64,000 nucleotides of DNA from Nitrospirota bacterium (lineage in GTDB: Bacteria; Nitrospirota; UBA9217), in assembly GCA_963818475.1 (NCBI GenBank), contig CAWFSF010000006.1, positions 576,001-640,000 of the forward strand, written 5' to 3'. The position numbers and the translations under genes are program-made. The notes under the pieces were generated by a model. It was not told where the DNA came from. It saw nothing but the letters and a program-made list of their open reading frames with translations, and made no database searches. Positions 21,601 through 30,729 of the stretch are shown piece after piece (the first letter of the stretch is position 1; the number at the start of each line of letters is the position of its first letter).

Positions 21601-24600
21601 ATACCGATCTGGAAACGGGCCTGTTCCGGTTCTCCGATGTACCAGCCGGCACCTTTACGCTCAGGGCGACCTACCCGAACAAGTCTACGGCAGCATCGGG
21701 CTCCGGATCTGTTGCCGGCGAGGGCTCGGTCGTACCCATGAATCTTACACTTGGGCCTGTGGCAGAGGTCACGGGTAGAGTTCTCAAGGCCGATACTACA
21801 ACACCGGCTGCGGGCGGCGGGGTGCGGCTAACCTGCGGCTACAAGACGTTCAATACCATCATTGATTCCAGCGGATCGTTCCAGTTCTCCTCCATTCCGG
21901 TCCCCTGTACGCTGATGCTCTATATGGTCGACGCGGAAGGTCTGGGCATCGGCTATTATTCCGGATCGCTCTTGGCCACCGACAACGGCAAGACCGTGGA
22001 TATCGGGACCGTCACGCTCGATGACAAGGTGATCTCCGTGCTCGGCGTCAATCCTGACACCGGGGCAGTGGATGTCCCGGTGACCACGCAGACCGTGTCG
22101 ATAACCTTCTCCGAACCTGCCGATCCGGCCACGGTGAACAATTCCACGATCTACGTTCAGAAGGGGAGCACCCGGTACTGGTGGCCGGTCAGTTTGAACG
22201 CCGACCATACGATCGCATCGATCACGCCGCCCGTTCAGGGGCTCGACAGCTTCACGCTCTATACCGTGGTTGTGGCGGCCAGTGTCAAGGACCGTGTTGG
22301 GAGGACGCTGCCGAATCCCTTCAGCAGCACCTTTACGACGAGAGACACCCTGCCGCCCGCCGTACAGTCTGTGTCTCCGGCGAATGGAACCCTTCAGGCA
22401 GCCCTGGACAGCGTGATACGCGTTACCTTCTCCGAGAGCATCGCCCAGAATTCCACCGGCGGCTTCAGTCTTCTGGTGGGCGGAGCTTCCGTTGAGACGC
22501 GAGTCGACCTCGTCCAGGGAAACACCGTCGCGATCCTGACTCCGATAGCAGCTCTCTCACCCAACGCGACCTACATGGTCATGGTCAGTGGTGCAAAGGA
22601 CGCGGTCGGGAATGTGATGGCAGGGACGCATGTGTCGACCTTCGCAACCATAGATACCATCGTTCCGACCGTGACGAACCTCACGGTCACCGGCGATCTG
22701 ATCAAGGGGAACACGATATCCGCGGTTGCTACAGTGGCGGATACCGACATAGCCTTTGTCGATTTCTTCATGGATAATGTGCTTGTTGCAACAGACAGCA
22801 CCGCACCGTACACTCAGAACATAGTCCTTTCCAAGGAAGGCACCGTTTACCTCAGGGCCGTGGCTCAGGACAAGGTCGGCAACCGGGGCTTGTCATACCC
22901 CCAGCCGGCCATGGAACTGACCATTGCCCAGGACCAGGCCCCGGGTGTGTCCATAACCTCGCCCGCGAACAACAGCACGGTCAACACCGGCTCTTCGTTC
23001 AATGTCTCGGTCACGGCAACGGACGATCTCTTTGCCAAGGATATCACACTCACTTCTACAGGCGAGGTCATCGTTACCCAGACGAAGACCCAGAGCACCG
23101 GCAAGACTTTCCCCACGAACTTCAATGTTGCCGTGCCCCAGGGAGCATTGCCCGGAGGGACCATCACCCTCACGGCAGTTGCTAAAGACTCGGCAGGCCA
23201 GGCAAGTCTGCCTGCAACGATCAGCGTAACGGTTCACGACAATCTTGCGCCGGTGGTAAGCATTACGAGCCCTGGCGTTGCCACGAAGTACCTTCCCGGC
23301 GAGACCGGCACCGCAACGGTCGCCGTGAGCGATAATGCAGGAGTTGTTTCGATCTCCTGTACGGTTTCCGGCGCTGGTTCCGGAGGTCAGACGTTCACCA
23401 TCGCCCCGGCGCAGAAAACAACGTCCCAGAACTTCAATTTCACCGTGTCACCGTCAGCTGCGCCCTATGCAGGGATCACCCTCTCCTGCACTGCGGATGA
23501 CGCGAGCGGAAACCACGGTACTGCGAGCCTCGGCATGTCTGTAGCGGACATCGTGCCGCCGGTCGTGGCGACTACATCAATACCGGACAACGCCGTTAAT
23601 ATTCAGGCCCGGCCTGTTGTCGGTATCACGTTCAACGAAACCCTGCTCCCTGCCTCGGTCAACGGTGCTACTGTAAGCCTGAGCCAGGAAGGCGGCGCTA
23701 TGGTAACAGGTATTGTCGGACTTTCTGCGGACCGCAAGACCGTGAGCTTCACGCCGCAGCAGAACCTGATCATGGCAACGACCTATACGCTCACGATCTC
23801 CGCAGAGGTGAAGGACGAGGCAGGCAATGCGCTCGCAGCGGAATATGCCCTGCACTTTACGACAGACGGCACACCGCCGGCCCTGTCAGCTTCTTCCATC
23901 ACGGACAATGCCGTGGACGTGCCGGTTTCGGCCGCCATCACCGTGTCGTTCAACGAGGCCCTTGCCGTCGCAACAGTCAACGCCGGCTCAGTGGGCCTGG
24001 CCCTGAACGACGGGACCGGAGCTGCTGTTCCGGGCACGGTCGGGCTTTCAGCGGACCACAAGACCATCACGTTCACGCCGGGTTCGGACCTGGTCAAGGG
24101 CAAGACGTACCGGTTTACGATCACTTCGTCTGTCACGGATGAGATCGGGAATGCAATGTCAGGCACTATCATCATCCGGTTCACGACAGTCCTTCCGGAC
24201 ACTATGGCCCCGAAGGTCCAGTCCGTGACACCGGCGAATGGAACCCAGGGCGTTTCCGCCGCAACGGCGATCACCGTCAGCTTCGATGAACCCGTGGACC
24301 GGTCCACGGTCACGCAGGACAGCTTCATCCTGTCCTCGGCAACAGGCACCGTGCCGGGCATCATCACCTTCAACCAGAACAACACAGTCGCCACCTTCCG
24401 GCCGGCTGCGCAACTTTCGTTCATCACGAGTTATGCGGTTATGCTCAAGGCAGGGATTGCCGACCTTGTGGGGAATGCCACAACCGTCGACTACCAATCG
24501 AGCTTTATGACCGGCGGGTTCAGCATCACGAGCCCGCGCCAGAATGCCTACGTCATCCAGGGCAGGACCATTGCACTCACTGCTGCAGTGGAAGGGAGTC

Positions 24601-27600
24601 AGGGTATCTCGGCCGTGAAATTCTATGTGGACAATGTGCTGGTGGGGACAAAGACCGGCACGCCGTTCACCGTAGACTACCTCGTGCCGGTCTCGGGCGG
24701 CACCACCTATCCCGCTATTACCGCCGAGGGAGTGACTGCGGGTCCGAGCATCTGGGCTCCGGGCATTGCCGTGGTGGCGCTTGGAGAAGCGGATGCGATA
24801 GCGGACCCTGACGACGACGGGCTCACCAATGCAGAGGAGATAGAGCTCGGCACCGATCCCAACAAATTCGACAGCGATGGCGACGGGCTCTCCGACTTCG
24901 ATGAGGTTCGGACCCACCTGACAGACCCGCTCAATCCCGACACGGACGGCGACGGTCTCCTGGACGGATGGGAGATCATGTACCAGTACAACCCGATGGC
25001 CGCGGATAGCGACGGGAATGGGACGCCAGACGGCGAGGAAGATCCGGACGCAGACGGGCTCAGGAACAAGTGGGAACAATGCCTCGGCCTGAATCCCCGG
25101 GCGATCAGGACCGATGGCACGAACCTTGACGCGAACCGGGACGACGACCGCGACGGGTGGAAGAACATCGACGAGGTGAACATTTATCATACCAGCCCAT
25201 GCCAGGCAGATACGGACGGCGACGGCGTGGTCGACCCTGACGAGAAGAATATTCTCAATACGAACCCCAACGACCCGGCAGATCTGTACGGCACGGACTT
25301 CGTCTTGAGCGGAGGGAAAACGATAAGGATAGAGGGTCGTGCGTACTTCAACAGTCTGACGGTGACCGGCAATTCCACGATTGCGGCTTTAGCCGCCTCG
25401 ACAAAACAGGTTTCGAAAGTTGAGATAGAGGTAGCAGGGAGCCTGGCAATTGATGCGGGGTCCAAGATCGACGCTACGGGCAAGGGATATCTTGGCGGCT
25501 ATTCCGGCGGGAACGACAGTTACAACGGCCGGACGATCGGCAACACGACCACCGGCGGGAGCGCCTACTACAGCGGAGCGAGCTACGGCGGCTTGGGCGG
25601 TAAATACGGTACATACGCGGTGAATGCGGCGTATGGCGATCTGATGAACCCCGATGAGGTCGGCAGCGGCGGCGGCGCGTATTCCAGTTCAGCCAGTTAT
25701 GCAGGGGGGAACGGCGGCGGGTTGGTGAAGATCAAGGCCGGGACGCTGCATGTGGACGGAAGCATTTTGGCGGACGGCGAAAGCAAATTTAACGCATCCG
25801 GCTGGCTCATGAGCGGTGGGAGCGGCGGCGGGATAGTGATCAACGCGTCAACACTTTCCGGGACAGGAACGCTCAGCGCGAAAGGCGGTTCGACGTCCGC
25901 ATACAGTAATGGTACCGGAGGCGGCGGCGCGGGCGGCGGTGGGAGGATCGCAATTTACTATGATGTGCTTTCGCTTTCTACGACGAGCATCATAGCCTCG
26001 GGCGGAAAGAACGGCAACGGCACCACGGTCGCATACAACGGCGGGGCCGGGACCGTGTATCTCAAATCGAGCAGCCAGATGCAGGGTGATCTGGTTATAA
26101 ACAACAACGGTATAATCACCACGAATACGACTCCTGTCACCGGTGGGACGTATGAGAGCGTGAAGGTCAGTGGAGGAGCCACCGCATCAATGAACGGTAC
26201 GCTGGTCCCCGGCGGCGCTCTGGTCATCGCAGACAGCACCATGACCTTCGCGTCCGGATTCAGCGTAGGAGGCGATCTGCTGCTTAGCAACAGCCAGGTG
26301 ACGTTCTCCGGCGCAGTCTCCGTGCCAGGAAACCTTACGCTTGTTAAGAGCACCCTAACCTCGTTTGTTGCAATAAACGTTGCGGGCACGCTTACGCTTC
26401 AGGATCAGAGTGTCATAACCCATGCCGGAGCGACCACAACGAGCCAGTATATGCTCGATATCGAGGCTGCGCATATCACCATCGATTCAACCTCCCGGAT
26501 CGACGCTACGGGCAAGGGATATCTTGGCGGCTATTCCGGCGGGAACGACAGTTACAACGGCCGGACGATCGGCAACACGACCACCGGCGGGAGCGCCTAC
26601 TACAGCGGAGCGAGCTACGGCGGCTTGGGCGGTAAATACGGTACATACGCGGTGAATGCGGCGTATGGCGATCTGATGAACCCCGATGAGGTCGGCAGCG
26701 GCGGCGGCGCGTATTCCAGTTCAGCCAGTTATGCAGGGGGGAACGGCGGCGGGTTGGTGAAGATCAAGGCCGGGACGCTGCATGTGGACGGAAGCATTTT
26801 GGCGGACGGCGAAAGCAAATTTAACGCATCCGGCTGGCTCATGAGCGGTGGGAGCGGCGGCGGGATAGTGATCAACGCGTCAACACTTTCCGGGACAGGA
26901 ACGCTCAGCGCGAAAGGCGGTTCGACGTCCGCATACAGTAATGGTACCGGAGGCGGCGGCGCGGGCGGCGGTGGGAGGATCGCAATTTACTATGATGTGC
27001 TTTCGCTTTCTACGACGAGCATCATAGCCTCGGGCGGAAAGAACGGCAACGGCACCACGGTCGCATACAACGGCGGGGCCGGGACCGTGTATCTCAAATC
27101 GAGCAGCCAGATGCAGGGTGATCTGGTTATAAACAACAACGGTATAATCACCACGAATACGACTCCTGTCACCGGTGGGACGTATGAGAGCGTGAAGGTC
27201 AGTGGAGGAGCCACCGCATCAATGAACGGTACGCTGGTCCCCGGCGGCGCTCTGGTCATCGCAGACAGCACCATGACCTTCGCGTCCGGATTCAGCGTAG
27301 GAGGCGATCTGCTGCTTAGCAACAGCCAGGTGACGTTCTCCGGCGCAGTCTCCGTGCCAGGAAACCTTACGCTTGTTAAGAGCACCCTAACCTCGTTTGT
27401 TGCAATAAACGTTACGGGCACGCTTACGCTTCAGGATCAGAGTGTCATAACCCATGCCGGAGCGACCACAACGAGCCAGTATATGCTCGATATCGAGGCT
27501 GCGCATATCACCATCGATTCAACCTCCCGGATCGACGCTACGGGCAAGGGATATCTTGGCGGCTATTCCGGCGGGAACGACAGTTACAACGGCCGGACGA

Positions 27601-30311
27601 TCGGCAACACGACCACCGGCGGGAGCGCCTACTACAGCGGAGCGAGCTACGGCGGCTTGGGCGGTAAATACGGTACATACGCGGTGAATGCGGCGTATGG
27701 CGATCTGATGAACCCCGATGAGGTCGGCAGCGGCGGCGGCGCGTATTCCAGTTCAGCCAGTTATGCAGGGGGGAACGGCGGCGGGTTGGTGAAGATCAAG
27801 GCCGGGACGCTGCATGTGGACGGAAGCATTTTGGCGGACGGCGAAAGCAAATTTAACGCATCCGGCTGGCTCATGAGCGGTGGGAGCGGCGGCGGGATAG
27901 TGATCAACGCGTCAACACTTTCCGGGACAGGAACGCTCAGCGCGAAAGGCGGTTCGACGTCCGCATACAGTAATGGTACCGGAGGCGGCGGCGCGGGCGG
28001 CGGTGGGAGGATCGCAATTTACTATGATGTGCTTTCGCTTTCTACGACGAGCATCATAGCCTCGGGCGGAAAGAACGGCAACGGCACCACGGTCGCATAC
28101 AACGGCGGGGCCGGGACCGTGTATCTCAAATCGAGCAGCCAGATGCAGGGTGATCTGGTTATAAACAACAACGGTATAATCACCACGAATACGACTCCTG
28201 TCACCGGTGGGACGTATGAGAGCGTGAAGGTCAGTGGAGGAGCCACCGCATCAATGAACGGTACGCTGGTCCCCGGCGGCGCTCTGGTCATCGCAGACAG
28301 CACCATGACCTTCGCGTCCGGATTCAGCGTAGGAGGCGATCTGCTGCTTAGCAACAGCCAGGTGACGTTCTCCGGCGCAGTCTCCGTGCCAGGAAACCTT
28401 ACGCTTGTTAAGAGCACCCTAACCTCGTTTGTTGCAATAAACGTTGCGGGCACGCTTACGCTTCAGGATCAGAGTGTCATAACCCATGCCGGAGCGACCA
28501 CAACGAGCCAGTATATGCTCGATATCGAGGCTGCGCATATCACCATCGATTCAACCTCCCGGATCGACGCTACGGGCAAGGGATATCTTGGCGGCTATTC
28601 CGGCGGGAACGACAGTTACAACGGCCGGACGATCGGCAACACGACCACCGGCGGGAGCGCCTACTACAGCGGAGCGAGCTACGGCGGCTTGGGCGGTAAA
28701 TACGGTACATACGCGGTGAATGCGGCGTATGGCGATCTGATGAACCCCGATGAGGTCGGCAGCGGCGGCGGCGCGTATTCCAGTTCAGCCAGTTATGCAG
28801 GGGGGAACGGCGGCGGGTTGGTGAAGATCAAGGCCGGGACGCTGCATGTGGACGGAAGCATTTTGGCGGACGGCGAAAGCAAATTTAACGCATCCGGCTG
28901 GCTCATGAGCGGTGGGAGCGGCGGCGGGATAGTGATCAACGCGTCAACACTTTCCGGGACAGGAACGCTCAGCGCGAAAGGCGGTTCGACGTCCGCATAC
29001 AGTAATGGTACCGGAGGCGGCGGCGCGGGCGGCGGTGGGAGGATCGCAATTTACTATGATGTGCTTTCGCTTTCTACGACGAGCATCATAGCCTCGGGCG
29101 GAAAGAACGGCAACGGCACCACGGTCGCATACAACGGCGGGGCCGGGACCGTATATCTCAAATCGAGCAGCCAGATGCAGGGTGATCTGGTTATTGATAA
29201 TCAGGACTTGGATACTAATGATAACTCGACACCGTTGCTTTCGATTGGTTCCGGGATAGTATCAACGATCACGGCAACAAGCCTTACCAACGATTTAGCG
29301 GCCTGGACGCCAGGCTCGCTCAAGGGCGCCACGATCAATCCGAATGTCAATCAGGGAACTATTTTCACGGTTATCGATAATACCTCCACAACACTCTATG
29401 TCGACCCTGCAGATGGAGATCTGACTGCGGTTGCGACGGCCGGCAATACCTATTCCGGCGTTATACGGCTATATACGTTGACCCTTCGGGGAAAAGCCAA
29501 GGTCCTTTGCCTTGATCGCTTCGAGATCGATTCGGAATTGCATGCGGACAAAAGCAGCTTTACTGCGGTTCATCTTGCGGCAGTCAAGGCAACTCTGAGC
29601 AACGGAGCCCTGCTGACCCATCCGAATGCTTCGCTCACGAACGAATACAGGCTTGTAATGAACGTAACCGACGCCCTATCCATCGATACGAACTCTATAA
29701 TCGACGTCACGGGCAAGGGCTATCTTGGAGGGTATTCGGGAGGCAGTACCAGCATGACAGGCAGGACCGTGGGGAACACAACCGTCGGCGGGAGCACGTC
29801 GTACAATGGAGGAAGCTACGGAGGGAAAGGCGGTATCTACACCAGCGGCAGCTCGAACGCCATATATCCCGATCCGGCAAATCCAGAATCGGAAAAACAT
29901 CCTGAGCATGTGGGCAGCGGCGGCGGCGCTTATTCCAGCTCTGCCGCATACGCAGGCGGGAACGGCGGCGGTCTCATACAGATAACGGCCGGCTCGCTGC
30001 AACTGGATGGAAACATAACGGCTGACGGAGAGAATAGAATTAACACGAGCGGATATTACTATGGCGCCGGGAGCGGCGGCGGAATCCTGCTTGACGTAGG
30101 GATTCTTACCGGTGACATCACCGGAAGGGTCAGCGCCATGGGCGGGGCAAGCACGTACGGAGGCGCTGGTGGTGGCGGACGTATCGCAATCTACTATGCG
30201 GACAAGACCGGGTTTAATGGGACAGCATTATCGGATGGCGGCTTGAGTGGCAACGGGAGTACGCCTTCCAGGAACGGTGGGGCCGGAACCGTGTACTCTC
30301 AGCCAAAATAG
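15699..30311 (+). CDS. Giant surface protein or adhesin (~4,870 aa): carboxypeptidase-regulatory-like repeats, SbsA/Big_5 and other Ig repeats, TSP3-like Ca-binding repeats, five Gly-rich domains
   Basis: One uninterrupted ORF. The likely start is ATG 15699 (AAGGA RBS, signal MKKLLYILLAVLLASSLCGVSFA). It has many GxVxGxVxxxDG...GxFxF repeats, TFSExV Ig motifs, DxDGDGLxD repeats and C-terminal GGGGRIAIYY...GGAGTVY domains. Confidence 0.9.
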   Translation: MKKLLYILLAVLLASSLCGVSFAQQTPTPIANMTFSIVGMTMQAGPEYQAVPKGIASQVNTGFESNGEPISAELAAMLPKDFKVQAELTGPTYATPLTLTTTPGQPFPLPTFPMLGKYSLSNIRVVDGAGKAFMAATPQSVTIESISDPLITSVTTRPLTLQEIQDRGVVVDSTNFTVYEFTAAIGTESNQQPLNFPVLIPNQTQAQNVQDLPPPTEIGLTEQEVNVLPPNLNLPENISISGFVMAADDEMMDKLGGYALPPIPGVIIIPNNIGFLNQYFSALLMVTNGAPGASNLVVKDLKGTIIMPVGEDQTPGTDAAPGDDPLRMAKGADAYFPRTAAVINAGPDGKIGTSDDTGLLRPAESGQADFTIEGRREGTHKIDFNISATLEGLPIGPITITGKATGAVLVRNPDFSITLGHPATVRAGEEYDLFITITNTSKSIANLVSTHMDPRALSGAVMVAGEDPDKRIDTILPGSSATVKYRLLSQRTGKVTATAFVADPNVTGRFVLRVGVGELGIPLSPDSLIIPYTGSLPQNIVDAAVGLLGQAWSVATAPTGALPSDVLPISRQTIVSRANDLSEAGLRILYGEQAVKAVEDLAFDFIGSDNANVGLDSLRRRSTQGQSLNAAIAGVLQSEVQSVGAMVFQSGFADLMTYRPGHLSVITTEAPVFVQVTEAGGKRVGALGTGDLYREISYADQLTLTEGTNGQGQGTRSTLSLITKLGSASYRLDVKAAADASFDIGIVVPGASTLRQVRFSNLSLAAESNAWVELLPGTDTEYVLNIDVNGDGVADQSVVSSISTILDPGPRVVAATQMTPLVGPGGDKHGRNVAVLFSERVNKLAAEDLANYAVEENAARLVKLQPSGRMAFVLLRDGIGPFFGSAGSDGKFYGRAITVSGLTDRLGKAMDAPETRPIVITAIGPAAVVSGTVRTAQGTPISDARIRLLQPVWVERYFVREIEYLIFSEKPVNADGTYRFEYVFRNDDPAGPFMIEAVNAATNEAGQITAAVQAHGQRLSLDIFMKAKGNVTGAVLDESGNAVAGATVQLDTLNDSRQYFTTTDATGSFSFLNVRVGAFRLKAVSVALYAEGLIMGTLSEDGGNTVQNITIYKVAGIAKGDVAGKVLGTDGNPRSGVVVIVRSGERYQNWMRSGPDGSFSFTGVTAGNLTLDARDDATGETARVSGTLVENTTAVFNVLLKGIGAFECRVIREDGLSLEGFTVIAEVGYTKQAALTDASGIARFQNMPVGDIRASLPDPRNPSASPLAQGTTVLQAADETAFITLFIPFKAMATGGIQGSVYRRTGEIWPNAEVRLVTDLMSLKYKPYRSDAQGRFVIPDPDPTKNDILPLGTYYLIARDGAEIANAHVSLWYDGQVKTQDLSAAGMGSVKGTIYDQTGVDQNNNPVLMPAGADVLLFSVKPSLVGWLQFDSSTPTAVKSDPQTGKYSIPGVYAGNVSVRASNIFKPTQVLANGSLTQNGQAVTLDLTLKDTFGSISGHVLLPDGSPAGPGIGVTITYGNPPATVTVRTGDSGEFQFRPVVPAGSYRVLVEDPISTLKAQTYVAVPAGKDVPVDIRLLGRGAVIVNVVDAAGAVVSGAEITVSGSGFPQDTAAGTTDQSGSAVFLNLTEGSYAVSAKDGNNLGGRAQGSIPADNASVTVTVTLAPSGTVIGRFLKADNATLIAGGQVKLMNSSRQVIAYSSSSSEPANPGVFRFEYVPLGDFILEGFDPLTDRKGIGGARLTFNGQTVSADITVTPQGVVKGTVLNNAGTSPVDGALVSISVTGVSTWAYSTVTAPDGGYLFAGVPAGKFTISVTDPATNLRGSAAGTISSENEIARADVRLQASGGIQGTVYLPDGVTPAQNVVVSVTPGSKTVQTNAQGSFGFTGLVAGVTYSITASELGTHRVRRTSAVITYEGEVAQADVTLYGVGTVEGLVYDSDGTTVLTGAKVDLQAYGIGSITSLSVTVYTDLETGLFRFSDVPAGTFTLRATYPNKSTAASGSGSVAGEGSVVPMNLTLGPVAEVTGRVLKADTTTPAAGGGVRLTCGYKTFNTIIDSSGSFQFSSIPVPCTLMLYMVDAEGLGIGYYSGSLLATDNGKTVDIGTVTLDDKVISVLGVNPDTGAVDVPVTTQTVSITFSEPADPATVNNSTIYVQKGSTRYWWPVSLNADHTIASITPPVQGLDSFTLYTVVVAASVKDRVGRTLPNPFSSTFTTRDTLPPAVQSVSPANGTLQAALDSVIRVTFSESIAQNSTGGFSLLVGGASVETRVDLVQGNTVAILTPIAALSPNATYMVMVSGAKDAVGNVMAGTHVSTFATIDTIVPTVTNLTVTGDLIKGNTISAVATVADTDIAFVDFFMDNVLVATDSTAPYTQNIVLSKEGTVYLRAVAQDKVGNRGLSYPQPAMELTIAQDQAPGVSITSPANNSTVNTGSSFNVSVTATDDLFAKDITLTSTGEVIVTQTKTQSTGKTFPTNFNVAVPQGALPGGTITLTAVAKDSAGQASLPATISVTVHDNLAPVVSITSPGVATKYLPGETGTATVAVSDNAGVVSISCTVSGAGSGGQTFTIAPAQKTTSQNFNFTVSPSAAPYAGITLSCTADDASGNHGTASLGMSVADIVPPVVATTSIPDNAVNIQARPVVGITFNETLLPASVNGATVSLSQEGGAMVTGIVGLSADRKTVSFTPQQNLIMATTYTLTISAEVKDEAGNALAAEYALHFTTDGTPPALSASSITDNAVDVPVSAAITVSFNEALAVATVNAGSVGLALNDGTGAAVPGTVGLSADHKTITFTPGSDLVKGKTYRFTITSSVTDEIGNAMSGTIIIRFTTVLPDTMAPKVQSVTPANGTQGVSAATAITVSFDEPVDRSTVTQDSFILSSATGTVPGIITFNQNNTVATFRPAAQLSFITSYAVMLKAGIADLVGNATTVDYQSSFMTGGFSITSPRQNAYVIQGRTIALTAAVEGSQGISAVKFYVDNVLVGTKTGTPFTVDYLVPVSGGTTYPAITAEGVTAGPSIWAPGIAVVALGEADAIADPDDDGLTNAEEIELGTDPNKFDSDGDGLSDFDEVRTHLTDPLNPDTDGDGLLDGWEIMYQYNPMAADSDGNGTPDGEEDPDADGLRNKWEQCLGLNPRAIRTDGTNLDANRDDDRDGWKNIDEVNIYHTSPCQADTDGDGVVDPDEKNILNTNPNDPADLYGTDFVLSGGKTIRIEGRAYFNSLTVTGNSTIAALAASTKQVSKVEIEVAGSLAIDAGSKIDATGKGYLGGYSGGNDSYNGRTIGNTTTGGSAYYSGASYGGLGGKYGTYAVNAAYGDLMNPDEVGSGGGAYSSSASYAGGNGGGLVKIKAGTLHVDGSILADGESKFNASGWLMSGGSGGGIVINASTLSGTGTLSAKGGSTSAYSNGTGGGGAGGGGRIAIYYDVLSLSTTSIIASGGKNGNGTTVAYNGGAGTVYLKSSSQMQGDLVINNNGIITTNTTPVTGGTYESVKVSGGATASMNGTLVPGGALVIADSTMTFASGFSVGGDLLLSNSQVTFSGAVSVPGNLTLVKSTLTSFVAINVAGTLTLQDQSVITHAGATTTSQYMLDIEAAHITIDSTSRIDATGKGYLGGYSGGNDSYNGRTIGNTTTGGSAYYSGASYGGLGGKYGTYAVNAAYGDLMNPDEVGSGGGAYSSSASYAGGNGGGLVKIKAGTLHVDGSILADGESKFNASGWLMSGGSGGGIVINASTLSGTGTLSAKGGSTSAYSNGTGGGGAGGGGRIAIYYDVLSLSTTSIIASGGKNGNGTTVAYNGGAGTVYLKSSSQMQGDLVINNNGIITTNTTPVTGGTYESVKVSGGATASMNGTLVPGGALVIADSTMTFASGFSVGGDLLLSNSQVTFSGAVSVPGNLTLVKSTLTSFVAINVTGTLTLQDQSVITHAGATTTSQYMLDIEAAHITIDSTSRIDATGKGYLGGYSGGNDSYNGRTIGNTTTGGSAYYSGASYGGLGGKYGTYAVNAAYGDLMNPDEVGSGGGAYSSSASYAGGNGGGLVKIKAGTLHVDGSILADGESKFNASGWLMSGGSGGGIVINASTLSGTGTLSAKGGSTSAYSNGTGGGGAGGGGRIAIYYDVLSLSTTSIIASGGKNGNGTTVAYNGGAGTVYLKSSSQMQGDLVINNNGIITTNTTPVTGGTYESVKVSGGATASMNGTLVPGGALVIADSTMTFASGFSVGGDLLLSNSQVTFSGAVSVPGNLTLVKSTLTSFVAINVAGTLTLQDQSVITHAGATTTSQYMLDIEAAHITIDSTSRIDATGKGYLGGYSGGNDSYNGRTIGNTTTGGSAYYSGASYGGLGGKYGTYAVNAAYGDLMNPDEVGSGGGAYSSSASYAGGNGGGLVKIKAGTLHVDGSILADGESKFNASGWLMSGGSGGGIVINASTLSGTGTLSAKGGSTSAYSNGTGGGGAGGGGRIAIYYDVLSLSTTSIIASGGKNGNGTTVAYNGGAGTVYLKSSSQMQGDLVIDNQDLDTNDNSTPLLSIGSGIVSTITATSLTNDLAAWTPGSLKGATINPNVNQGTIFTVIDNTSTTLYVDPADGDLTAVATAGNTYSGVIRLYTLTLRGKAKVLCLDRFEIDSELHADKSSFTAVHLAAVKATLSNGALLTHPNASLTNEYRLVMNVTDALSIDTNSIIDVTGKGYLGGYSGGSTSMTGRTVGNTTVGGSTSYNGGSYGGKGGIYTSGSSNAIYPDPANPESEKHPEHVGSGGGAYSSSAAYAGGNGGGLIQITAGSLQLDGNITADGENRINTSGYYYGAGSGGGILLDVGILTGDITGRVSAMGGASTYGGAGGGGRIAIYYADKTGFNGTALSDGGLSGNGSTPSRNGGAGTVYSQPK
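24804..25280 (+). repeat. Bacterial TSP3-like calcium-binding repeats within the giant protein
   Basis: DPDDDGLTNAEE, DSDGDGLSDFDE, DTDGDGLLDGWE, DSDGNGTPDGEE, DTDGDGVVDPDE. Confidence 0.8.
25466..29194 (+). repeat. Intragenic tandem repeat, 1,032 bp (344 aa) unit, about 3.6 near-identical copies
   Basis: GATCGACGCTACGGGCAAGGG begins at 25466, 26498, 27530 and 28562. The differences noticed by eye are G>A at 27414 (A>T) and a silent G>A at 29153. Confidence 0.97.
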
Positions 30312-30407
30312 AAAAAATCCGAAGGAGTGGATCATTCAACAGGGGGTGTAATTTTTCAACGACTTACTAAGCCGAATTGAATGTGGAAGACCATTGTAGA
30401 AATTATT

Positions 30408-30436
30408 TTGACTTTGTCGTTTCTCCATGTTATAAA
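30408..30436 (+). promoter_or_regulatory. sigma70 promoter of the B12-regulated transcript
   Basis: TTGACT-17 nt-TATAAA with an extended -10 TG, just upstream of the riboswitch. Confidence 0.7.
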
Positions 30437-30454
30437 GCACCCACATATCGACCA

Positions 30455-30616
30455 CATCCAGGCGAAGGGAATCCCGTTAAAATCGGGAGCGGACCCGCCG
30501 CTGTAATCCCGGCCCAGAAGCATCTGGGCCATACTTGCTGCCAGAACATGCCACTGACCTTTAATTTGGTTGGGAAGGCAGGCAGCGAGGGGAGAGCCAG
30601 AAGACCTGCATGGATG
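30455..30616 (+). ncRNA. Cobalamin riboswitch 1
   Basis: AGGGAA...CCCGCCGCTGT...GCCACTG...GGGAAGGC...AGCCAGAAGACCTGC (B12 box), closed by CATCCA/TGGATG. Confidence 0.9.
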
Positions 30617-30668
30617 CTCTCGCACTGTCTTCGGCGTTAAGACCTGGTGTGGGTTAATAGCATCTATT

Positions 30669-30710
30669 AATCCCCCGTCTTCCTCATGAAGGCGGGGGAT
30701 TTTTGTTTTT
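30669..30710 (+). terminator. Intrinsic terminator, expression platform of riboswitch 1
   Basis: AATCCCCCGTCTTC-ctcat-GAAGGCGGGGGATT followed by TTTGTTTTT. Confidence 0.85.
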
Positions 30711-30729
30711 GCTGTATGTACTTTTCGGA

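Noticed and set aside
25466-30311. Diversity-generating retroelement TR/VR pair
   Set aside because: The copies are in-frame, tandem and near-identical, the diverged copy differs at all base types, and no reverse transcriptase is present.
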